DNA of 64,000 bases from Selaginella moellendorffii (lineage: Eukaryota > Plantae > Lycopodiophyta), in NCBI RefSeq assembly GCF_000143415.4, contig NW_003314288.1, positions 758,642 to 822,641 on the forward strand, read 5' to 3'. Positions 1 through 11,603 of this stretch are shown in pieces. The stretch's first letter is position 1, and each line of letters starts with the position of its first letter. Position numbers and translations under genes: made by a program. Below the pieces are notes generated by a model that did not search any database, was not told the DNA's origin, and saw nothing but the letters and a program-made list of their open reading frames with translations.

Positions 1-24
1 CTACGTGCACTTGTTTTTGTATAG

Positions 25-186
25 GCTTGTGAGTGAGCTTCCATCCTTCTACAACGGCAACTATTTCTTCGAGCTACCACCTCTTGTCAGTAGCACAGGT
101 TCTAAACGAAAAGGGATGGAAACCAAGCAGGATGTCCACAATTGGTGCAAAATCAAGACCACACACTTCCAACATTTTGAAGGTTG
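25..186 (+). pseudogene. Coding fragment, possibly from the N-terminal part of a GCM/SWIM-type transposase-like protein
   Basis: After an AG acceptor at ~24 it reads RLVSELPSFYNGNYFFELPP...GMETKQDVHNWCKIKTT. From memory this resembles the LPxxxxGxxxFELPP...MDxxxDxHxWxxxxT segment of multicopy transposon-like proteins of non-seed plants; not verified. Confidence 0.25.
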
Positions 187-1444
187 ATTAAGAAGCATGA
201 AAACTAAAAAGCATTGTTAACGGCTTTGAATATTGTTGAAGTTGGAGCTGAAGATGGAGCTGGAGCTGGTGAATTTAGCGCTGACACTAGCATGACATCT
301 CCACTTGAACTAGAAGAGGACAAGAGGATAACGACTGACTCTTGCTTCACATTCACTTTGGCTGGAGTGCATTTTGGCATTTTGACTGGAGATCCAAACA
401 CTCGAATCTCCTTCGACTTGGAATTTTGTAAATCCCATTGTTGTCCACCCTCGCCCACACCAGAAAGAAGAAACTCCGAGTATGCAACTATACCGGTGTC
501 ATTGCAGATCACAGCCTCTAAAGAAATAGAGCCAAGATGAAGATCAAAACGGCGACATAAAAAACTTTCAGAAACAATACTCTAAGAGAATGAAAGAGGT
601 GGGTGATCTCGAAAATGAAGAAGAAACCTCTCCATCCTTCTCAATAGGTTTTGGAGTTCTCTCTCTTTATGCTACTTGTAAAAATCTATAGTGAAACATA
701 ATTGAAATTTAAATAGAGTAATAAGAAGACAACGTACAAAATGAATTTAAATTCTATAGAAAATTTAACATGTGTAAGTGTGACAGTATTAATATCACTG
801 TCATCTATTATTATGTCTAATGCATGTATACACATAGATCCAAGGAAAGATTTTTAGCACGTGAAGTTTGATAGTTAATAATGATACCAGTAATGACATT
901 CTGCTATAACATGTTAAACCAAGAGATCCAATCTAACTATTAGCACGTGTGATATGTCAAGTTGTCAAATTTTAAAAGGTAGATGATAATAAATCTTGTC
1001 AAATCTTATTCTTCAATAACAGATTTGATTTGTATTACAACTCAAGTTTTATCCATAATTGTGAACACTGCTCAATGACATTTAAAGCACATGCCTATTG
1101 TTTAGGATCTAATACAACACAAAATAAATTTCTGGATGAGGATTCATCCATTCATAGATGGATATAGTACAACATATTTTAACGTGCCTTATTTATACTC
1201 TTTAAAGTTCTTGTAACAATTCCAAAATATGTACAAAATATTGATGAGAATGCATCCTTTCTAGATAATTTGTAAAATATAATATAATATCTCTAATAAC
1301 AAAAACGTTGATAGGTGCTAGTTATACCATCATTAAAATATACAAAATAAAGAAGCATAATTTACATATAATAATAATGATAAGATAAAATAAGATCAAA
1401 GATATTATGATGGTTGAGATTTAGGTTATTCGGAATGAACGGCC

Positions 1445-1515
1445 AGGATTAGAGATTGGTTAGGGTTAGGGCAGCCGTCAGGATTAGGGTTAGGGTAGCT
1501 GCCAAGATTAGGTTA
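1445..1515. repeat. Short degenerate repeat containing TTAGGG telomere-like/telo-box units
   Basis: ttagggttagggc ... ttagggttagggt ... ttaggtta recur at ~25-bp spacing. Confidence 0.6.
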
Positions 1516-1529
1516 CTGTTCGCACCGTG

Positions 1530-1730
1530 AGTGGAGCGCGGGAGAGATCAAGAGATTGAGTGCGAAGGAGATCGAGGGATTGAACGCGAAGGAGATCAAG
1601 GGATTGAGCACGCAAGAGATCGAGAGATTGAGTGCATGAGCGGGAGAGATTGAGTGCACGAGTGGGAGAGTTTGAGCGTGCAAGCCGGAGAGATTTAGTG
1701 CGCGAGCAGGAGAGATTGAGCGCACAAGAA
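1530..1730. repeat. Purine-rich minisatellite upstream of the ParB-MTase gene
   Basis: About 8-9 degenerate copies of gagattgag(t/c)gc(g/a)..ggaga(tc), period ~18-24 bp. Confidence 0.75.
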
Positions 1731-1867
1731 ATCTAGCACAATCAAGAAATCGGGGGAGGAAAGATGCCACCAAGGGTGAGTTTCGATTTGATTGCTTCCA
1801 CTTCCATTTTTTGATTCCATTGCTTCCATTCCATTGCTTCCCTTTTTTTTTCTTGATTGCTTCTTTG

Positions 1868-2110
1868 TTGCCCGAGGTTGCCGGCCCGAGCTCAACCTCG
1901 GGCAGTTTTGCTCGCCAAGGGGCCGAGGTTATTCAAATAACCTCGGCCCCTCGGGTGGCCAAACTGCCCGAGGTCGAGCTCGGGCCGGCCACCTCGAGCA
2001 CTTTGGCTGCCTAGGGGGTCGAGGTTATTCAAATAACCTCGGCCCCTTGGGTGGCCAAACTGCCCGAGGTCAAGCTCGGGCCCCGACGGCCACTGAAGTG
2101 CCTGAGGTGG
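1868..2110. repeat. Two tandem GC-rich palindromes (period 96 bp) in the first intron
   Basis: Core ccgaggttatt-ca-aataacctcgg centred at 1934/1935 and (1 mismatch) at 2030/2031. Arms of the first extend imperfectly ~65 bp (1868-2001). Confidence 0.9.
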
Positions 2111-2335
2111 AGTCTAGGCCCACTTGATTTTTTTTTTCTCTTTGACTGTTTGAATTTCTCATTATCTTTATTTAGTTTGACTAACAAAATTTTTTCTCTT
2201 GCAGAAAAGGAAAATTGTAACACATAAAAAGGTTGTTGGAGCCAAGAGGACATGAAAAGTTCAATTTGGCACTGACAACGATATCATGATTGACATGTCC
2301 ATTGGCACAACAAAGACACATTTAGTTAGAGATTC

Positions 2336-2483
2336 ACCACCTCCACCACCATCACTACCTCCACCATCGCCATTGCCACCTCCATCACCACCTCCACCAC
2401 CTCCATCACCACCACCACCACCACCATTGCCACCACCACTGCCACTATTGCCTCTGCCCCCACCACCACCGCCACCACCACCA
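2336..2483 (+). repeat. (CCA/CCT)n microsatellite-like tract encoding polyproline
   Basis: PPPPPSLPPPSPLPPPS... in ORF 2286-2774. Confidence 0.9.
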
Positions 2484-5400
2484 ACGCAAATCCCTGAAGT
2501 TGGGCAATCTAGTGGTGTTCACGATAGGGAACCTGAGGAACAGCCTGGAGCTGAAAGAGTTGCAAACCTTCCTGACAACGTGGTGGACAAGCGCTTCCAA
2601 GAGACTGTTATGCGGACAAGGGAAAAAGTAGTTCACCAAACACTTGAGGCGCTCAAGTGGCCAGGCCCTTGTGACTTGATTAGAGAAATCCCCCTTTGCC
2701 ATTTGCAGCAGACAAACCTTGTCTGCATAGCATCTAAGTATGTCAACCTAGATATATACAGTTTGTTCAAATAAATTGGCCTTGCAACAAATATTGGTAT
2801 GTTTCTAGTCTCTTTTTGCAAGCTAGGAATAATAGAGATCATTACTGTCACACCCGAGATTGTGAATAGCTGGGATCCTATTTAGAGGAGGAAGTCCCTA
2901 GAATTTGATGACATGCTTATCAGACATCTTGAGACTCAATAGTTTGCGGGGACAGTGTTCCAAATTATTGACAGTAACCACCGATATGGAGCTTGGATGA
3001 AGTGTATCGACGATCATTTTTGCAATGATCCCGTCTACCATATCAATATTCCAATCGGCCATGTCTACGCGAGGGGACCTTTGGATGTTAATAGACTTAT
3101 CTTAGCCTGCCAAAAGATCAATGTGTAAGTGTTATAGTTTTACCTCTAACTCCACTTTAACTTGTTTTGTTGTGTTTAAATGTAGGCTTGGGCAGTTTAC
3201 TGTTCAAAAACAAAACCTTGTCCATGACATCGAGCAACTTCAATTTTTGGCAGACTTGAGTGAGGATGACATCCGCCAACATTATGGTGATGATCTCGCA
3301 ACACTTGTTTGGCACTCACGCACTCGAAATGACAGTACAACTTGGTTCAACAACCCAATCAGTTTTATGCTCGCCGTGTGGTGTAAGGTATATCTTTCCC
3401 TTTTATTTTATAAAAGCCTCTTTTAATTGTTTTGGTTTTTAGCCCTTGGTGAAGGTCAAGCAAAATGCTTATGAACTTGCATATCCGGAGAAGAGTTGGG
3501 AAGAGCTCTCAGCTGAATTTGTACAAATTGAGCACAAAATTCAGCATGCAAAGTCCTCAAAGTTGAAGAAACTAGTATGCATTGCAGACAATTGCAGGCC
3601 GAAGGAGTGGCTAGAGATTATAGCCGAAATTTCTTCTCATGAATATAAGTTTCTTATCACACTTCATTTTTCTTAATTATGTATATGTTACTTTTGCAGT
3701 GAACAAAACTCCAGATGACATGATTTACAATATGACAAAATCGAAGCTTCCATATAAGCAATAGATAGAGACTCTGGAGTTCCTCAATGTCTGCTTAATG
3801 AACAGAGAGAAAGGACTACCAGAACTATTTGAGAACATGATGAGAAGGGCTGTCTACATCACGCAAACTAAAAGTGAAGGTGAGAAGTTCTTGGCACCAC
3901 ACATTGGTGACGATCCAGATGGCACATTCATATCTTTTGACACCTACATCAACACGTCATTGGAAGGGATCGAAGAGGGGTGGCTGCCAGAGAAGTCTAC
4001 AAGCACAACAACTTATGATTGCCAATATGGTCAACCTTATTTCATGCAACGTGCAGCTTATAGGTATAATATGATTTCTAAGACTGCTTTTTAATATATA
4101 TTGTTTACAAGTATCTTTGATATAGAGGCATGCCATTTGAGGCACCAGTTTGCACTCGACTTGTTGCAAAAGGTGTAAAGGATGGAGGAATGTACCCAAC
4201 AATGTTTGCAAGAGTTCCGAAGGCACGGAAGATAGAATGCCCTTAGGAGTTGGAGCTCCTAGGGAAGGAGACCTCTACACTAGATCGCGAGGAAATTATC
4301 AATGCTAGCAATGATGGCAATGCAAGTGACGATGGAGACAAGGATGAGGAAGCTCCAGATCAAGTTCGTGTTCCACCACCAGACAATCAGGAACAGGCTC
4401 CAATTCAACCATCAAACAACCAAGACCCGGATCAAGTTCTACCAGTAAATAACGATGATCAAGTGGTTCACAAAATATTACGTCGACCTCGAGGTAAGCA
4501 AAAGTGAATTTTACAAACTAAAGGTGGTAATACATTTTTTTTGCAGCAATGACTGTTGGTAGTAATTTCATTTCAGCTCAATGAGATGCTCATGAAGAGG
4601 AGTTGGAGGAACTCTCATCGACAACACGCCATATGATAGTAGCATACTATTTATTAATTTTTTCATTCACTTAGCTCTTTTATAGGTCCGTCCTGTGTCC
4701 CCAATAACACAACGAGGCATTGTGGGTATCTTCATTGGCTCTTACAGTAGATTATTGACATCTTTCATGGAAGACGACATCAATATGGATATACGGCACT
4801 AGTTCAACTGTTGGTGTCAAAAAATACAAAGGCCCTTGCTCCTAGTTGCGGACTTCATTCTCTTTGACTTTCCAGATGGTCTTTCAGATATTGATGGGAA
4901 AGTTGAGGATTGGAACTTTCTCACACCTGACCACTTGCGCGATGCATTCCTATTGTCCAAAGCACTTATGCTCAAAGCTATGTCGTCTTCATCCTACCGA
5001 ATGACCCCAACTGAATGTATAAGCTTATGACGTGCACAGCAGAAGTTCATTTCAAGTCATTCTCTTTCGGGTGCATCATGGATCCTATTGGCATCGATAC
5101 GAGGGGCGTCCAAGGGAAGCCTGAAAAGGTGAGTATGTATTTTATATTTTTATCTAATTTCTAAACATTTTTATTTTCCAGGTTATGATGTGGACCTATC
5201 ATGTCTTCTGCAGAAACAGACATGATGGGTTTCATGATAGCGAACGTGCAGCACGTGTTTTGCCTCGATACGACAGTTCCACTAACATCATACCCAACCT
5301 TGTGGATGACCAGATCCGCAACACGTTTATAGGGTACCGATTCTGAACTCTATCGGCAAGGCAAGTCTTGCTTGAGCTCTATTGCCCACCAGATGGTGTT

Positions 5401-5993
5401 GTGATTGATTGCACAGCAGGTAGCGGTTCTATGGTGGAGGCAGCATGTGACTCTGGTAGGTCGGTGTTTGCTATTGAATAACATCATTTCTTCAAACGCC
5501 AGCTTAGAGGATTTCGTGAGTTGCCTTCAACCTCAAGGAGGTAAATTATATTTATTAAAATTTCAATATATATTTCATTCTATTTTATAGATCACAGTCA
5601 TCTGGAGTTTCTAGAAATTGAGGCTTTGGAAGTCTCCCTGAGTATGCAGAAGCCATGGCTCAACATATGCAAGGTGAATCTTCCCCACAATACCAATATA
5701 GGGGGAAGTATAAAAGAAATCATTATGTTGATGATGAGGCAGAAGAAAGTTAATTGCATCCTTACATAAAATGGAAAGCTTGTTATATGTTAGATGTTAG
5801 TGAAAGTGTCAGATGTCAGTAAAATTGTCAGATGTCAGTGTGAGTGTTAGATACCATAATTATAGATTATCATTCTCACTTGTCATCATCACTTTATAGC
5901 GCTTGTGTGTTGCCATCTCCTCCTTCAACATTTTGTAAACAATTGTATGTGATATGATAGCATCTTCTAGAACAAGGTATGTTACCTACAACT

Positions 5994-6354
5994 TGTCAAG
6001 ACCCCCAACAAGATCAAGACTGGAAAATGCTAAAGACAAAGAGAAAAAGCTAGTGAAAACAAAGAAGAGGCCTTAGACTGGTGTTGATTCAGATTGTGGA
6101 GAAATGGAACAAGGCTAACCTATATATACTATAGGTTGATGAAGCTCCACCACTCTTGAATCAAGGACGGCCTAAATATAGCTGAGGTCGAGGAGGCGCC
6201 ACATCATCATCAGGAATATGGCTCGAGACTCAGGAATTGGGAAGTGTCTCGAGAGTCAAGAATAGAGAAGTGTCTCGAGAGTCAGGAATGTGGTTTGCAG
6301 GTCAGGAATCCGGCGAGAGTCAAGAATGTGGCAAGAATTGGGGGATTCCTGACA
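5994..6354 (-). repeat. 3' LTR (361 bp) of the chromovirus
   Basis: Near-identical to 11152-11529; differs by a 9-bp indel and one ~26-bp internal repeat unit plus a few substitutions. Confidence 0.97.
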
Positions 6355-6365
6355 GCACCCCCTCC

Positions 6366-9300
6366 TCAAGAACGAGTGGAACGAGGATGTGAACGAGAAC
6401 GAAGAGGAGGATGAGATGAGCGGTGAGGGATGGGAGATGGAGAAAAAGAATGAGGACTGGGACGAGAAGGATAGCGGCGGTGGAAGTCCTGAACAAGGTC
6501 AGGAGAATGAATCAGGTTGTCCGCAGGTTCCCAAGTGCGTTCCTCAGGTCCGTAACCCTTCCAGTCCACCAGATAGTAGAGTTTAGACCGTGAAATCTTG
6601 GAATCAAGGATGTCCTGAACCTCGTACTCAGACCCATCCTCGAGCTGCACTGGTGGAGGCGGAGGAATGACCCGATTTGGAATAGGACTGGGAATATAAG
6701 GCTCAAGGAGAGAGGAGTGAAAAACGGGGTGAATTTGATATGAGGAGGGAAGTGCAAGGCGATAAGTGACAGGATTAATGATGGCAGTGATAGGAAAGGA
6801 CCAAGGCGTTTGAAATCGAGTTTTGGACAGGGCCTGGTGGTGGAGATATTTCGCCTGAGGAGCCAGACTTTATTCCCGATATTGTAAGGGGGACAATCCT
6901 GACGATGGACATTGGCAAATGTTTTATTAGATTCCTGAGCATGATGGAGGTGGAAGGAGATGGAGTTGTGGATTTCCTGGAGGTTGGAGATAAATGCCTC
7001 AGAGCGGGGATTTGAACGAGAGGATTCAGATGGAGAAGGAAGTGAGAGATTGAATCGGGGATTTCGGCCAGAGTTTGCAAAGAAGGGGGAAACTCGAAGA
7101 GAGGAGTGAACAGAGTTGTTATAGGAGAACTCAGCAAGAGGAAGGATATCGAACCAGTTATCCTAATGATAGTTGACGAAGCACCTCAAGAATTGTTCCA
7201 ACGTCTGAATCATTCGCTCGGACTGCCCATCAGTTTGAGGATGATATGCCAAAGAGAGGTTGGCCTTCACTCCAAGCAGCTGCAAAAACCGTTGCCAGAA
7301 ATGAGAGATGAACTGAGGCCCCCGATCTGAAACCACATCTGTAGGAATCCCATGAAGTCGGAAAATTTCCCTGAATACCAGTTTTGCCATGTCCTCGCCC
7401 GAAAACTCCTTGGTACATGGCAAGAAGTGCGCCATCTTTGTGAAGCGATCCACCATGACTAAAATACTGTTGAAGCCTCTAGAACTCGGAAGATCACACA
7501 AGAAATCCATGGAGATGGATTCCCAAGGACCTGAAGGGACCGGAAGGGAACGAAGCAAATCTAAAGGAAGGTGGCGAGGTACCTTATTCCGGGCACAAGT
7601 GTCACAGGAGGTAACAAAAGCTTTCCATGTGAGGCCACCAAAAGTCCCGTGCAACTAGCTCATAGGTTTTCGCAATGCCGAAGTGACCAGCAGTCGGGCT
7701 ATCGTGGCACGCCATCAGGACCAACCTTCGAGCATCACCTTCAGGAATGTAAAGCTGCTCCCCATGGTACAATAAACCATCTAAGAACTCGAACTCGTCA
7801 AATCGCCGACAGTCGGGAGTCACTGGGTGTCCAGCCTGAAGATGGGGGAAAATGTCGCTAGCGAGATCATCGGATTGAAGATCGTTTCTAATTGCATCCA
7901 TCAAGGAGGACTCCTGAGGGGCTAGGGAAATTGCCATAACTTGAAGCTGATCAGGACCGAGGATAACTTGATCCTGTTGATCGAAGGCAGGATTACCAGG
8001 CCTGAGACTGAGATAGGAGCGCCTTGAAAGAGCATCAGAAAGGCCTTGAAACTTTCCAGGTCTGTACTCGATAACAAAGTCAAACTGACTTAGGAATTGT
8101 GCCCACCTTGCTTGACGACGGCTTAAAACTCGGGAAGTGGCAAAGTACTCGAGATTTTTGTGATCCGTCCAGACTGTTGTTTGATGGCTCGCCCCCTCCA
8201 AGAAACGGCGCCACTCTCCAAAGGAATCCACGATGGCAAGGAGCTCCTTGTCGTGGATTTCGTAATTGATCTCCGCAGGCTGGAATTTCCGAGAATGGAA
8301 AGCGACCGGATGAAGTTCGTGATCCGCTCCGAGTTGAGACAGCACAGCACCAATGGCAAAGTCGGAGGCATCAGCCTCGATGAAGAAAGGTTGTGAGGAA
8401 TCAGCATGGATCAAGACAGGAGCAGAACTAAAGGCCGCCTTGAGTGTGTTGAAGGCCTGCTGGGCAGCAGCAGACCAAGAGAAGGGAACATCCTTGCGAG
8501 TGAGATGTGTGAGAGGAAGGACAATGTCAGAGTAGTGATCAATGAATTTGCGGTAGAAGTTGGCGAAGCCAAGGAAAACCTGAACGTCCGACATTGATTG
8601 TGGAGGCTCCCATTCGAGAATAGTCTTGACTTTGGCAGGATCCATCGTGATACCCTCAGGAGTGACAATGTACCCAAGGAACTCCACAGACTGTTGATCA
8701 AAGGAACATTTCTCAAGCTTCGCGTATAGGCCGTGTTCTCGCAGCTTCGCTAGCACCTTGCATACATGTTCGTCATGCTCCTCCTGAGTTTTTGAGTAGA
8801 TGAGGATGTCATCGATGTAGACGATCACCATCTGATCAAGAAACTCCCAAAAGACGTCATTCGCCATGTGTTGGAAAACTGCTGGAGCATTTGTCAAGCC
8901 AAATGGCATGACAGTGTACTCGAAGTGGCCATAGCGGGTTCGGAATGCAGTCTTCCACTCATCACCAGGCCGGATCCGGATCAGGTTGTATGCTCCACGG
9001 AGGTCGATCTTGGTGAAGAAGCAGGCACCGCCGAGACGTTCCAACAGGTCCGAGATCAGGGGCAGCGGATAACGGTTCCGAACAGTCACCTTGTTCAAAC
9101 CTCGGTAGTCGATGACTAGCCGCAAGCTCCCATCCTTTTTCTTGACAAAGAAGACAGGCGCTCCAGCCGGGGACTGCAAATGCTGAATGTAGCCCGAGGC
9201 AAGGTTCTCATCCACGTACTCTTTGAGGGCCTTAAGCTCGGACGGGGATAACCTGTAGATAGGCCCCCACGGAGGTGACGCTCCTTCCTGTAAATCAATG

Positions 9301-10072
9301 GGACAATCATAAGGCTGATGAACAGGCAGTACACTAGCTTTTTTCTTGTCAAACACATCCCCAAAATCATGATACTTCTCAGGAGACTGACAGGAAAAAC
9401 ATGCAAAGCAAAAAGAAAAAGAGGTTCTTCATGAAGGAGTTCTTTCATAGTGATTGTGGAGATAGGAGGAGGCGTACGACTAAATGGAATGATGAGACGA
9501 GGATACGGTCCAGTGTAAGATGGAAGAGAGGAAAAAGAAGAGGGTGAAAACTTTATAGAGTCAGGAACAGAACCCCGATTTGAGTTTAGGGAACTTTTCC
9601 TGATTCAGACTCGATGAACAGTAGGGGAAGCCGTGGGAGAGATGAGCTGTAATTCCTTCCAACAGATTTGAGGCTGATGTAGTTAGAACCAAGGAAGACC
9701 GAGCACCACAGAGGAGGACTTGCTGTTGATGATGTTGAAGGCGATATCGGTGACGGTGGACCCGATGTGTACTCGAACAGGCAACGTTTCCCTAAGTCCA
9801 GAAGATGGAGACACAAAATGCCCGCCGATGCCTTCAACCCTCAAATCCCGTATGGTAGGAGAAAGAGGAACGTGATGTCGGGCAGCAAAGTCCATGTCCA
9901 TGAAGCAGGAAGTTGCACCCGAGTCCAGTAACGCCAGAGCCTTGAGACCAGATTGTCCGGTGAAAGAAAGGAGACATGGGACGCGGAAGTTGCGGGAATT
10001 GGTGGTGGCTTTGATGAAAGGTGGTGAGGAGCTTGATAAAGAAGAAAAGTGATTTTTATTCGGGGAGTCCAA
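6366..10072 (-). pseudogene. pol: pol of the chromovirus (PR-RT-RH-INT-chromodomain), interrupted
   Basis: ORFs 9683-10072 (PR), 7602-9356 (RT/RH/INT zinc finger start), 7163-7654 (INT core), 6366-6650 (chromodomain). Confidence 0.95.
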
Positions 10073-10083
10073 ACAGACAGCTC

Positions 10084-11054
10084 CTACTCTGTTTGGACAG
10101 GGTCGTTTCCCGACTGCAATAGAGGTGGACTTTGAGGCAGAGTGAACTCGAGCAGTCGAGGAGGCTTCTTGGGATATACAGCTGCTTTGTGATTAGGATC
10201 AGCACAATAGAGGCAAAGATTATGAGATATTTGACGTTGCTTCTCAGCAGGACTCAACTTCCCTCTAATGAGTCGGGGAGTACCAGAAATATCCATCGGA
10301 ACTGGAGGAGTAGGTTCAGGAGTATGCTCGAAGACTCAAGCAAAGATTCCTGAGTCTAGGACGGAAAAACAGCGGCGCGGCGACTTTCTTGACGACGTTC
10401 AAAGAGACGATTGTCACATCGAACAGCTTTGTTGATGGCATCCAACAAGTACTTGGGATCCTCCATGGTGAGCAACAAATCCTTGACACCGTTGTTGAGG
10501 CCGAAACGAAATTGGTCAATCAGGGCCCGCTCATCCCACTGAGTGTCCAAAGCAAGGAGTTGGAACTCTGCAGCATAGATCGAGGCAGGACGAGACCGCT
10601 GAGAGAGACGTCTCATCTTTGTAGTAGCAGCCCGAACCCGATCCGTCTTGCCAAAACATGCTTCGAGCTTCTCTTTGAACAATTGAAGATCCATCAGTTC
10701 TGGAACCATGACCCCTTTCATGCTCTTCTCCAAAAGAGGAGAAAACCATGACAAAGCTACACCTTCGAGCAACGTCCCAATCGCGCCGATTTGAGACTCG
10801 GGAGTAGGGTACCGCCGATGTTGAAGTGCGAAGATCAACTCCATCTGGTTCAGGAATCCGCGAAGCTCCGAACGCTTGCCTGAAAATTTCGCTAGGAAGC
10901 TCACCTTCGGTTCAGGAACTTTGCTAGATCCTTGAGCCGAAAGTGAAGCAAGCTCCTGCTGCATGCGAAGAAAGGTCGCCTTCAGCTCGGTATTCTCAGA
11001 CTGGATTTTTGCAAGGACTTCAGCAAAGAAATCAGGATGGCTTGGAGACTCCAT
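10084..11054 (-). pseudogene. gag: gag of the chromovirus (one frameshift; CCHC degenerate: CLYCADPNHKAAVYP)
   Basis: ORFs 10356-11105 and 10084-10296; KFSGKRSELRGFLNQ, YAAEFQLLA...QFRFGL retrotransposon capsid motifs. Confidence 0.9.
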
Positions 11055-11151
11055 TGGCAAGAAGAAAGAAAAAAAGGGGGAAAAAAGCCAAAGGTAATCA
11101 AACAATCAAAGCGAGCTAAAAGAAAAGCAAAAACCACAATCTGAATCAAAC

Positions 11152-11529
11152 TGTCAAGACCCCCAACAAGATCAAGACTGGAAAATGCTAAAGACAAAGA
11201 GAAAAAGCTAGTGAAAACAAAGAAGAGGCCTTATGATTCAGATTGTGGAGAAATGGAACAAGGCTAACCTATATATACTATAGGTTGATGAAGCTCCACC
11301 ACTCTTGAATCGAGGACGGCCTAAATATAGCTGAGGTCGAGGAGGCGCCACATCATCATCAGGAATGTGGCTCGAGACTCAGGAATCGGGAACTATCTCG
11401 AGAGTCAAGAATAGGGAAGTGTCTCGAGAGTTAGGAATAAGGAAGTGTCTTGAGAGTCAGGAATGTGGTTTGCAGGTTAGGAATCCGGCGAGAGTCAAGA
11501 ATGTGGCAAGAATTAGGGGATTCCTGACA
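11152..11529 (-). repeat. 5' LTR (378 bp) of the chromovirus
   Basis: Pairs with 5994-6354; TATA-like tatatatag on the sense strand (~11269-11277). Confidence 0.97.
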
Positions 11530-11603
11530 CAACTAATATCATTTTATTATATTTTTTCTTTTAATAGTGACAATACTATAGTATAGTAAAGTAATTCTAG
11601 ATT

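Larger units (their letters stand above)
1764..5753 (+). pseudogene. Spliced gene: NLS + polyproline + ParB/Srx-like domain + C-terminal beta-class DNA amino-methyltransferase (N6_N4_Mtase-like); disabled by stops and frameshifts
   Basis: ATG CCA CCA AGG|gtgagt (1764-1775) splices to ...ttgcag|2205 and gives MPPRKRK, in frame with ORF 2286. FQIIDSNHRYGAW at 2958-2996 resembles the ParB-type IIDGxHR motif. ADFILFDFPDG at 4848-4880 is motif IV-like (DPPY position). LELYCPPDGVVIDCTAGSGSMVEAACDSGRSVFAIE at 5371-5478 is motif X-I-II. Ends YVDDEAEES* at 5753. Several short GT-AG introns (e.g. 3125-3185, 5129-5181, 5541-5590). In-frame stops fit C>T/G>A decay. Confidence 0.72.
5994..11529 (-). mobile_element. 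Ty3/gypsy chromovirus LTR retrotransposon (Tcn1/Tf1-sushi-like), structurally complete, few disabling mutations
   Basis: LTRs 5994-6354 and 11152-11529 (TG...CA); 5-bp TSD CAACT at 5989-5993 and 11530-11534; PPT (plus-strand gcaccccctcctc) next to the left LTR; order gag, PR (LLDSGA), RT (YIDD), RNase H, INT (HHCC, SDRGPQF), chromodomain (YEVQDILD...YLVDWKGY...TWEP). Confidence 0.97.

Noticed and set aside
204-540. Overlapping 102/108-aa ORFs (SPAPAPSS AGP-like tail on the minus strand)
   Set aside because: No clear start or family; cannot choose a strand.
2286-2774. Extensin/formin-like proline-rich protein
   Set aside because: No signal peptide; the frame continues past the stop into the ParB-like domain, so it is part of the larger pseudogene.
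1764-5753. Bacterial contamination as the source of the MTase
   Set aside because: Spliceosomal introns, an NLS-like start and an adjacent plant LTR insertion with TSD show nuclear residence.
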